From NCBI RefSeq assembly GCF_963676685.1, contig NC_092344.1, forward strand, positions 106,516,001 through 106,580,000: DNA of 64,000 nucleotides, given 5' to 3'. Below, piece by piece: positions 50,001 to 62,000 of the stretch (positions are counted from its first letter, which is position 1; every line of letters begins with the position of its first letter). The notes under the pieces were generated by a model. The model was not told the DNA's origin and did not search any database. It was given only the letters and a program-made list of their open reading frames with translations. Made by a program: the position numbers and the translations under genes. Source of the DNA: Mytilus edulis. Taxonomy: Eukaryota.

Positions 50001-53000
50001 GTACAAATGTAGTGTTTTTTTGTACATATATATAGGTAGACTGAGGCCATTACTAATCAACAGTCTTGTCATACTTGTGATTGTGATTCAAAGTCCTGCA
50101 AATAACTTGAAGAAAGCATTTGTTTATTTTATTAATGGGTATTGGTAGTTGTATAAATCTTATTTTATTTTAGGCCCAACAGATAATTTGAAGGAAATAC
50201 TGGTGAATACTATTGCACAAATACAGACTTCTAAATCAAGAAAACTGGGCTACTTAAATGCCTTTGTTAAGTTCCTACAGAAATATAAGCAGGAGAAAAT
50301 TACTGGATTTTCAAAAAGAGATATTTTAAGCTGGTAAGTATTTAGCTGTACATGGTAATCATATGGTATCATCATTTAACCAAACTTTAGAAAGCAGTTT
50401 TCTTTAGTTTTTATCAACCATGTATGATAATAAATTGATATTTGATCAAATATTTTCAATGAAAAAAATATTTTCCATTAATAATACAGAGTTCATTTTT
50501 ATACGACCGCAAACATTAAACAAATTTTAGTCGTATATTGGTATCACTTTGTCAAAGTCGTCTGCATCGTCCGAAGATGAATTGTTTCCGGATAATAGCT
50601 TTTGAATAAGTAAAAAGAAATCAATAAAATTTTAACACAATGGTTATAACCATAAAAGGAAGCTTTGGATTGATTTTTGGGGATTTGGTCCCAAAGGTTT
50701 AGGAATTAGGGGCCCAAAAAGGCCAAAAACAGCATTTATCTAGTTTCAGGACAAAAAGTTGTATATGAGTATTTCAATTGTTATTTAATTGTACTACAAT
50801 GTATAATTCCATAAGTAGAAGGTTGGGATTTATTTTAAGGGGTTATTGGGCAAAAAGTTTAGGAATTTAGGGCCAAAACAGGGCCAAAACAAACATTTTT
50901 CTAGTTTCAAGACAATAACTTGTGTGTAACTGTATGGATCTCTCTGACATTGTACCACAAGTTTCCATATAACACAGAGAAGGCTGGGATTCAGTTTGGG
51001 GTTAATTTTCTTGAATATGTAGGAATAAGGGGCCAAAAAGAAGCATTTTTCTAGTTTACAGACAATAACTTATGTTTAAGTGCATGGATCTCTATAAATT
51101 TTTATAAGAAGGTTCAATACTACTAAAGGAAGGTTGGGATTGATTTTGGGGGTTATTGTCCCAATAGTTTAGGAATTAGGGGCCAAAAAGGGGTCCCAAA
51201 ATAATCATTTTTGTAGTTTTCAAACAATAACTTATGTTTAAGTGTATGAATCTCTCTGAAATTAAACCACAAGTTTCCATACCATGAAGGGATGGTTAGG
51301 ATTGACTCTGAGGGGTTATGGCTCAAAATGTTTCAGAATTAGGGGCAAAAAAGGGGATAAGCTAGGTATTTCTGGTCAATGGACAATTAAGACAATTTGA
51401 AAGCAGGGTAAGGGAGGTAATTCTAAAACATTTAACATACAATGTTGGGTATGTTTGGATTTACCTCCCTTACACTACTTTTATATTATGTATAAAGACA
51501 TGTCAGGTTTTGGACTAATTGCAAAAAAAGGGGGGGTAGTTGTTTTCAATTATTTTTTTTCAAATTTCTCAAATTCCAAATTTTTGAAAAGTTCAAAGAA
51601 GAAATCTTTAATTGCACAACATTGTGCAATAGATTTGTAAGATCTTGACCCTTGTTTAGTGTCAGAAACTCATATTATGTCCAAAAAAATTTCGCAATCC
51701 AAATTTAGAGCTGTATCAAGCTTGAATGTTGTGTCCATACTGGCCCCAACTGTTCAGGGTTCGACTTCTGCGGTCGTATAAAGCTGCACCATGCGGAGCA
51801 CCTGGTTTCACATTTATATTGCATTGCCTAACTCCTGATTTTAAAAGAATTGATCGATTGGTGCAAACAAATGCAGTGGGTTTAAACATTTTTAAAACAG
51901 ACACCAAACTTCACTGTAACCTGAAACAATAGTGAAACATCACAACATAGAAAAACACACTATAAAATATCAATTGAAATGGCTGAACTCTATCAAATGA
52001 CATATGAACAAAAACAAGCAAACATACAAAAAACAAATAAATATGATCTATTACAAAATGTAAATTTATAAAAATTTATGAACTTCTAAGAGTTTAAACT
52101 TATATTAAAATTCTGTACTACCCCTACCTTTATTTTTGGTCTGCCTCAGAATTAATTTTTCATGGGTATCTTGTGTTTTTATGCTGATAACATTCCCAAG
52201 TTATGTCTCGATGATATGAAACAGAGATCTATAGTACTGAGACTACAGTTATTTTGTTTAAACTGAATGGACAAAGTAAACTTACTATTGGTTAGTTTCT
52301 GATTAAGGATTTTTTGTCTTGAGGTTGCAGTCTTGTAATTGACTGCTCCATAGGCTTACATGCAAAACAGCTGATCTTTGAAAATAAAAAAATAAAAAAT
52401 GCTACATAGAAAAAAAAAATCATGTTCATATCATGTATGTACTAATGTGAAATTGTGATTTAATCGGGAAAAAAAAGGGGTCTTGCCACGAAGAATAAAA
52501 AGTTACGCAATCCTGAAGTCAAAACATTGTTTTTCTACTTTCTGTTTGCTATTTTTACTAGGCCACACCACTTCCAGTAAACATGATATCCTTCCACTTT
52601 CCTGGATTGATATCCCCAAAAGATGCAAGATTTTTTTTAAAGTCTATATATATGTTTCAATTCAGCATAAACCTATAATCAAACAGAAAAAATTGAGTTC
52701 AGAAAAAAAATCAGAAAAAAATGCACTATTTTGTTTCCCTCCATGTTTTGACATGCACCGGAAACTGGAGTTGTAATACAAGACTGGTACCTTGAATCCA
52801 TGGATTTTGATTGATAATTCTTTATGATGATATTTCAGTTTGAGAATAAGTTTGTTTCATGAAGCAAAAGAAGTAAGAGCAGCTACCTTAAGAGTTTTAC
52901 GGTACTTTATACAAGATGGTGAAGCTGTAGACTTGGTATATGCATTACAGATAGATTATTTGATTGTAAGGTATGTAAATCAGTTAATGAACAAAGAGAT

Positions 53001-56000
53001 GTAGGGTATACATTGATGCCACATTAACCAAACAGCACAATAAAAAATGAGACATCTAAAGATTAATTTTTCAATTTAACATGAAGATTTCAACAATTGT
53101 AAAACTCTAAATCATTTAGGGAAGTTGTGAATGACATGTACAAAGATTAGCTAAAGTCAGCAATCAATGCCAAACTCACTAAACAACTGGAACTTGGATG
53201 TATGACCATGCAGCAGGGTCAAACAACTTTTGTAAGCACTGATTCCACCTCTTTCTCCTGAATGTATGAACTTATAATTCCTTTGTAATATATGCAGACA
53301 AGGTGGACTAGTTTATTCTGGTATATATATATATTAAAATTATTAAAACAAGGTAAATTTTTTGTAATTGATTGGAGGGGGTGAAAAATGAACACATTTT
53401 GGCTTCATTTATAATTTCTTAGATATAACATGTTTTACATAAGTAGTTTAAGATGTTAGATATAACATGTTTTACATAAGTAGTTTAAGATGTTAGATAT
53501 AACATGTTTTACATAAGTAGTTTAAGATGTTAGATATAACATGTTTTACATAAGTAGTTTAAGATGTTAGATATAACATGTTTTACATAAGTTGTTTAAG
53601 ATGTTAGATATAACATGTTTTACATAAGTTGTTTAAGATGTTAGATATAACATGTTTTACATAAGTTGTTTAAGATGTTAGATATAACATGTTTTACATA
53701 AGTTGTTTAAGATGTTAGATATAACATGTTTTACATAAGTTGTTTAAGATGTTAGATATAACATGTTTTACATAAGTAGTTTAAGATGTTAGATATAACA
53801 TGTTTTACATAAGTTGTTTAAGATGTTAGATATAACATGTTTTACATAAGTTGTTTAAGATGTTAGATATAACATGTTTTACATAAGTTGTTTAAGATGT
53901 TAGATATAACATGTTTTACATAAGTTGTTTAAGATGTTAGATATAACATGTTTTACATAAGTAGTTTAAGATGTTAGATATAACATGTTTTACATAAGTA
54001 GTTTAAGATGTTAGATATAACATGTTTTACATAAGTTGTTTAAGATGTTAGCTATAACATGTTTTACATAAGTTGTTTAAGATGTTAGCTATAACATGTT
54101 TTACATAAGTTGTTTAAGATGTTAGCTATAACATGTTTTACATAAGTAGTTTAAGATGTTAGATATAACATGTTTTACATAAGTTGTTTAAGATGTTAGA
54201 TATAACATGTTTTACATAAGTTGTTTAAGATGTTAGATATAACATGTTTTACATAAGTTGTTTAAGATGTTAGATATAACATGTTTTACATAAGTTGTTT
54301 AAGATGTTAGATATAACATGTTTTACATAAGTAGTTTAAGATGTTAGATATAACATGTTTTACATAAGTTGTTTAAGATGTTAGATATAACATGTTTTAC
54401 ATAAGTTGTTTAAGATGTTAGCTATAACATGTTTTACATAAGTTGTTTAAGATGTTAGCTATAACATGTTTTACATAAGTTGTTTAAGATGTTAGCTATA
54501 GCATGTTTTACATAAGTTGTTTAAGATGTTAGCTATAGCATGTTTTACATAAGTTGTTTAAGATGTTAGCTATAGCATGTTTTACATAAGTTGTTTAAGA
54601 TGTTAGATATAACATGTTTTACATAAGTTGTTTAAGATGTTAGATATAACATGTTTTACATAAGTTGTTTAAGATGTTAGATATAACATGTTTTACATAA
54701 GTAGTTTAAGATGTTAGATATAACATGTTTTACATAAGTTGTTTAAGATGTTAGATATAACATGTTTTACATAAGTTGTTTAAGATGTTAGATATAACAT
54801 GTTTTACATAAGTTGTTTAAGATGTTAGATATAACATGTTTTACATAAGTTGTTTAAGATGTTAGATATAACATGTTTTACATAAGTAGTTTAAGATGTT
54901 AGATATAACATGTTTTACATAAGTTGTTTAAGATGTTAGATATAACATGTTTTACATAAGTTGTTTAAGATGTTAGCTATAACATGTTTTACATAAGTTG
55001 TTTAAGATGTTAGCTATAACATGTTTTACATAAGTTGTTTAAGATGTTAGCTATAGCATGTTTTACATAAGTTGTTTAAGATGTTAGCTATAGCATGTTT
55101 TACATAAGTTGTTTAAGATGTTAGCTATAGCATGTTTTACATAAGTTGTTTAAGATGTTAGCTATAACATGTTTTACATAAGTTGTTTAAGATGTTAGCT
55201 ATAACATGTTTTACATAAGTTGTTTAAGATGTTAGCTATAACATGTTTTACATAAGTTGTTTAAGATGTTAGCTATAACATGTTTTACATAAGTTGTTTA
55301 AGATGTTAGATATAACATGTTTTACATAAGTTGTTTAAGATGTTCTTATATTTGATTGTGATTCACTTTATTCAACTTGATTATCACAAAGACAAAAATT
55401 GTTGCGCACTTGCAGTTTATATGTCTAAGACAGTCTTATCTTTCCATCTGGGGATACCACTGCTTTTAGACTTAGTATTGAGGATACATTATCCAAGAAA
55501 GGGTGTTACAAAGATAGACAATTAAGAAGATTCATTTTAGTTAAACTATAAAGTTTTAATTTCATCATTGTCTAACATGCATGACTTTTTTCAAATTTAT
55601 GAAATTTTAATGCTTCACATACAAGTTAATTATGCTATAACTCATTACTGTTTATCTGATTTTCAGATCAGTGGATGTTTGTCTTGACAATGAGGTAGAA
55701 AGAATACATGCCATTAAATTGATACGAAAGATAGCACATGTAGCGCCTAACAAACTTTCTTCATCTCTAGTGTATCCATTGGTTGCTATTGGTAATGATG
55801 GCAACCACGAAAGAGACAGAATGGTCAGAATATCATTAGCTACGATATGTGAAATAGGTAAATACAATATGTATATAATATAGTAATTGTTCCGTATATT
55901 TTGTGCTTTGACAGCTGGCATGGACACAATAGAAATCTGATACATTTGAGGGCTACTGAAAAAGACTGTAATAAAAAAGTTATTTCTTATTAAAACTGTA

Positions 56001-59000
56001 TTGTGATTCACACTAATGTTATAAAGATCTAAATCTTGCACTTGATGATGAAAGATAGCAAAATTACAATTTTTACAGAATTTCAGAGAAAAAATGCATA
56101 TTATATAATGTCTGTCAGTCCCATTTTCTTTTCTGCACTCGAACTTTAGTTTCCGTCATCCAAATTTTAGGACACTCATTCATCATGCTTAAAGCCAATA
56201 CTAGCTTACATAGTTCAAATTGCTTATAGTTTGTAAGTTATGTCTCTTTTAACTTTCCTTTGACACATACTTCTTTTTCTAGGCTCTAATAAGAAATAAA
56301 AAAAATCATATTTAGCTCAAGATGAGTTGACAAAAATCACATTGTCAAACTTTTACCAGTATTAATTATTACACCACATGTTTAAATCTCATAAAGTTGT
56401 AAGTATTCTTTCTATGTGGATATAATATAATATTTATCATTGTTATTTCAGCTTTTCTGAACCCTGAGTTATTATCATTATGTGGAGGTATATCGACAAT
56501 CATACGAGCAGCATTAGACTGTCATCAGTATCCCAGGATCAACGAGTCACTTGTATCAACCATTTTATATTTGTTAAACCATCCTAGGACAAGACATCTG
56601 ATTAAATTCAACACAGATTTAGAGGTAAAATGATAGGAAAATTATTTCGCGTAATGGGATTATCTTTTTAAAAGATACCACATACCGATGAAACAATATT
56701 ATGGGCACTTTTGGAGATGCTAATATTTTTTTCTTTTCTTTGGCAAATGATATGATAGCGTTTATGCTAGTCCTGAGGGTTTCAAATTAACTTCTTAAGC
56801 TGCTGTTGTTGTTTGTACCTGATTATTTCATTTATGTTTTATTTATTATGTCATGTCTACAAATGCCATTGTTTTTAAGGTTGTTTTATTTATCTTTTCA
56901 GCAATTGTTAGCCCCATTCACTGACTGCCATTATAGATTTAGTGCAGACTCAAGTGATGGATCTACTGGGTAAGTTAATATTACATTTTTATTAATTTTT
57001 CTCAGTAGGCATATTTTGTCTTAAAATACAGCAGTATTTAAAGAAAATATAACAAATTGACAGGAAATTAAATTATTTCAATATAGGATTTAGCATATCA
57101 GGGCTCACGCTACCAGGCGACTTGGGCGAAGAAGTCGCCTTCCCGACCGTCACTTCGCTTTCGCCGCCCCCCAAAAGCGAAAACAAGTCGCCCTGTTCTT
57201 GACGACAGTCGCTTTCAGTCGCTTCCGTCATCGGACATTATCAATTTTTACCAAGTTGATGAAACATCAAATTTTTATTGATAATTAAAGAAATTCAGAC
57301 ATAAACGATTCATTATCTTTTGAAAAGAGGTTGAAGCATTGTCTTCGCAGTGTGTAGCAGGTTATTTGATAAAAATACAACTTGTTATCACTTCGTGCAT
57401 TTCCGCAAGTACCGGTGCTTGTTACTCGAAAACGTACATCAACCTCAATTTCGGCGGCAAAATAAGTTTGTTACTTCATTTAAACTTGATAAAAGTTGCC
57501 TCCAGTAAATTTTAATCCATTTATTGCATTAAAAACGTCATGTTCCTTTCCAAATAACTTGTCAAACATCGTTTATTTTTGTAAATTTTCTTGCATTCGT
57601 CCGCCATTGACCGATTTCTAATCTCCGGATCTGAACCGGACAAGCTATGACCGAAATCCGTACTTTTACAATAATTACTACGGACGCACGGATGGAACAG
57701 CTGACAGAAGAATATTGATCCCTAAGGGAAAAATTACGCATTCCACACGCATTAAGAGACTTTTGGTTACATCTAATTGATTGGTGTATATAATTCCTTA
57801 TATTTTTTATAGATTGTTTCAAACTATTGATTAAAGTTGCTTAACTCTGAGACTATTATACTAATATCAATATATTATGGCCCAGCTTAATAACTTTTAT
57901 ATTTTTTTATGAGAAACACTGAATGTCATACACAAGATAATTTTTAATTAAATTGTAATTGATATATTATAATTTCTTTATATTTTTTTAATTATTTTTT
58001 ATTTTTTTAGTGCTACATATTTAGTTGGTAGTTTCTCACAAGCTTAAACAACTTTTAATTCAAATGTTACTTTAATTGTAATTTTTTTACTCAGATATGA
58101 ATTGAACAGTATAAAAAGAACATTATTTACATATGGCCCTTTATACTATTGTAAAATCCAAACATTGTATCGCACCGCGCGAATGAGCACTTCTCTTTCA
58201 AATCTCACCACTTCTCCCTATCAGTTTCAAAAAGAGAAGTCACTTCTCCCTTTAATTCTGAAGTAGTGTGAGCCCTGCATATATGATGTCATTATGAAAC
58301 TGTTATTATGTTTTTCTGAATCAGATAAACTGTACCAACAGTTTATTTAGTACTTAAGTAATTCTTTGAAACCCCTATCCCCCTTAGCTCTGCCTCATCT
58401 CATGTTTTTTTGTTATTTGCAGAGAAGATAAAGAACATAGATTTGCCTCAAGTAAGATGGCTGTAATAGCTATAATGAAATCATGGCCAGGTTAGTAATG
58501 ATCTTTTAAGACATAAGAGTGCACATTATGTTTATGACTTTATTTCAGAAAATTACTTATACAGCATTTGTAATTAAAACTGTAAAACAAAATATACAAT
58601 GGTCTGAGCATTGAAAAAAAGACAATAGGAGGTTGATATATACATATGACCAGGGTTTCCCCTGGGTCAATTATTTTTTTCGCCACCTCTTTCGCCAAAA
58701 CAATATATTTTTCGCCACTTTATTATTTTTTTCGCCAAGTAACATAACTATATTTTTCGTTTAAAATTTACCTTTTTTCTAACCCTCCCTTAAATCAGAT
58801 GATTTTGCCCCATTGTGTCTATGATTATTCTGTCAAACTTATTTTAGAGTCTACATTTTAATGAATAAACACTAAACATTTACTTTAAAACAACAGACTT
58901 TTTTAAAAGGGAAAAATATTCATTGTATTTTAAACAACTTTTCTAAATGAGGGGGCTACTTAATTAGTCCAAATAATTATGACGCCTGGCAAGGAAGGCG

Positions 59001-62000
59001 TTCCAGAAAAAAATTAAAATAGCCTTACCAGACGTTTTCTATTCTATTCTATTCTACCATATAGTGACCGCCTTCAACAAATTGAAGAATTTATGTCACA
59101 GGAGGAAACTAACAACAAGACATAGATTGAAAAAAAGTACGATTTTTAAAAATACGAAAAAATTAAAAAATATAAATTGTTTTGTACTGAGACTACTATA
59201 ATGTGTTATAGTAGTCTCAGTTTTGTATAATAAAGTAGGATATTGTAATTGAGTTAATATTGATGCTTTGAAATTGAAGATTTGAAAGAGTCTACTGAGG
59301 TGCAATTTACAATGTTATCTGGTAGTTTGTTCCAGTCGGTAATAGTTCTTGGAAAATATGATTCTTTTCTGTACTGTGTTTTGCAGGATGGAAAAACTAT
59401 GCTTGAAACACGTGTGTCACTCAAACGACTTTAAAGTAGTCTCCCCAATCAATTACCTATATCATAGTCAAAGGATAATTAAAGTTTTAAATCGGAGATT
59501 TTTCTTGCTTTTGAACATTTTTCGTCACAACAACAGCTTTCTTTTCTAAACTATCTTTAAACATGTTAAAAGGAAAGGAGACGTCAAAAGTTTGCTTCAA
59601 ACACGTGCGTCGCAAAGTGGTAAATAAATTCTGTCATGTCTGTATGTGACATTTAGCGGAAGCCATTTAACCATATCATTTTGTCAAACAATTCAATCAA
59701 CACCTTTATTAATTAGTCCTTTGTTGTCGATAGCTATAAAATGCAATCAGCTGATTATTGATTTTTTGTCCAAATCTTAATGAGGTCAAGGTGAATTCCG
59801 AGTATTGTCTGATCGGGTAAAGTCCGAGAAAATCGAAAAAAAGTAAATAAACAAGATGGAGGAAAATAAATCGTTATATATATTTCTTTCGCAAATGACG
59901 AATTTTTATCGCCACAATTATTATTTTTTCGCAAATTGCGAAAATGGCGACCGCCAGCGGAAACCCTGCATATGACAACATCACAATTATGAAATATAAT
60001 TTACATATCATATACCAAACAAATAGTCCTTCAATTGATGTGCTTATTCCTCCTTGTTTTGAAATGTTTTCTGAACAATTTAAAACCAAAGCTAGGTTAA
60101 CCATCTGCAGCTATATACTTGCATTATTATACAAATATTTTTAAAAGCAACAAATACCTTCCCATTGGTGAAACAGTTGAAAACTTAGCATTTGTCTGTT
60201 TGTACCAGAAATAACATTAAATACTGAAAACCACAGTTTAATACAAAAACAATGAAAGTTCAGAAGAGTATGAAAAGATGCAAAGATGTATGTTAGCCTT
60301 ATTGCTTCAATGGGTGAAAATTAGTCAATTTGGAGTAAATTTTTTCCATTTAGGCCATGCATGTAAAACAATATGTTCAGCAGAGGCAATAGTATCAAAT
60401 AACAATTATTATTCCATATTGATAAAATTTTAGTAGGTTTTTCTATATAAATTGGATTTTGAATAAATAAGCATATTCACTTGCCGAAAAAGTATATTCA
60501 CCGCGCAAAATTGTCGCATGCTTTTACATGCATAGTTTGGGTAAAAACGTTTCATGTACAATTGGTTTTGGCAAATAGTTGCCATTATATACATTTCTCT
60601 CGGAATATGGAATAAAACAATTCCTGTCTTGTCAAATTTTATGGTGTTAGTAATGTCCCTGTTATTAATGTGAATTCATATTCAGATTTTCCATGATTTA
60701 ACACTAGATTATATTGTAGGTATACTGAGATTTTGTCGACCTGATGGTAGTGGTTTACAGTCTATTGTTGGAATTCTATATCTTCCCTTTCCTGAAATTA
60801 GGGTTAGTATTTGCTAATCCATATATTACAAATGATGATTTGTCACTATTTTTACAGGTTACTAGTAACTATATAACTGTTTCCTCACTGCTTGCTCTCT
60901 GTTACTGAAAAGATTTTTTCATATGGCATTATTAGTAATTGTTTTACTTGTACCTGTATGTTTTATATGTCTATAATATAAGCATCACAAATCTATGAGA
61001 TGTTCATTCATTCATTCATTCATGTCTTTATTTCCTCATTATTGAGATACAATGAATACATACAATTAACTAAATATCAGACAACAACAAAATAAACGAA
61101 ATAGGTACAGAACAGTTTTTCACATATACAGACAAATATATACACTTTAGTCTCTAAGCATTAAGGCCTTATATAATCTCGATTGATGACATATCATGTA
61201 TTGCTTAACCTGACACAACGTCCATATAATGCTAAGCACTGAACCACATGTGCGTGACAAAGCCTCTCAAACTCAGAATGTTCTTCACTTAAATTCAATG
61301 GAATTCTTCCAAGCAAAATTTGATATATATCCTCATCATCATATTCACTTAGTTCAAAATAAAGTTGTAGCGAAAAATTCTCGATGATAATATCCCACCA
61401 CAAATCGTGCAGTTCTATAGTGCAAGTGCAGGAACAACATGCATGTACATAGACATCATTAAAGTCATTTTCGCATTCGACGCATTTATCTCCTGATGAA
61501 TTTGGTATATCAGCTAACAGTTTTGAAATAAAATATGAATTTCGTATTTCTGCAAACGATTGTGCTTTTTTCCAGAAGTTTCTCATAGAAACTGTTTTAT
61601 GAATATTTCTAAAACGTATAAAATTGTCATCTAACGCAATACGGTTCAACCAGTTGACTGACTGTTGTTCGTTAACTGTTTTGTGAACAATCGATTTCCA
61701 TTGACTTTTTGATGGGAAACTACCAGTATCGATATATTCGGTAAGATATTGAATAAGTCCATATGTTCTTAGAATGTCAATAATATCAGGAATGTATCCA
61801 TAGTGACGGCGGTGAGGGTCTATAAGGAATGAAAATAGTCAAACCAAAAATATTCTTTTTGAAAGATAATTGTTATCTAACATACACAGTTTTTGAAAAA
61901 AGAACAGTTTTCTTTTGTGAATAAAACTCATAATCGGATGAATTCCAATAATGCTCTCGCACATATCAGATCTGGTAGAAGTTTTTAAAGCTAAAATGTG

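Noticed and set aside
53419-55344. CRISPR-like array (37-bp repeats)
   Set aside because: No spacers, units are contiguous, eukaryotic intron and no cas genes
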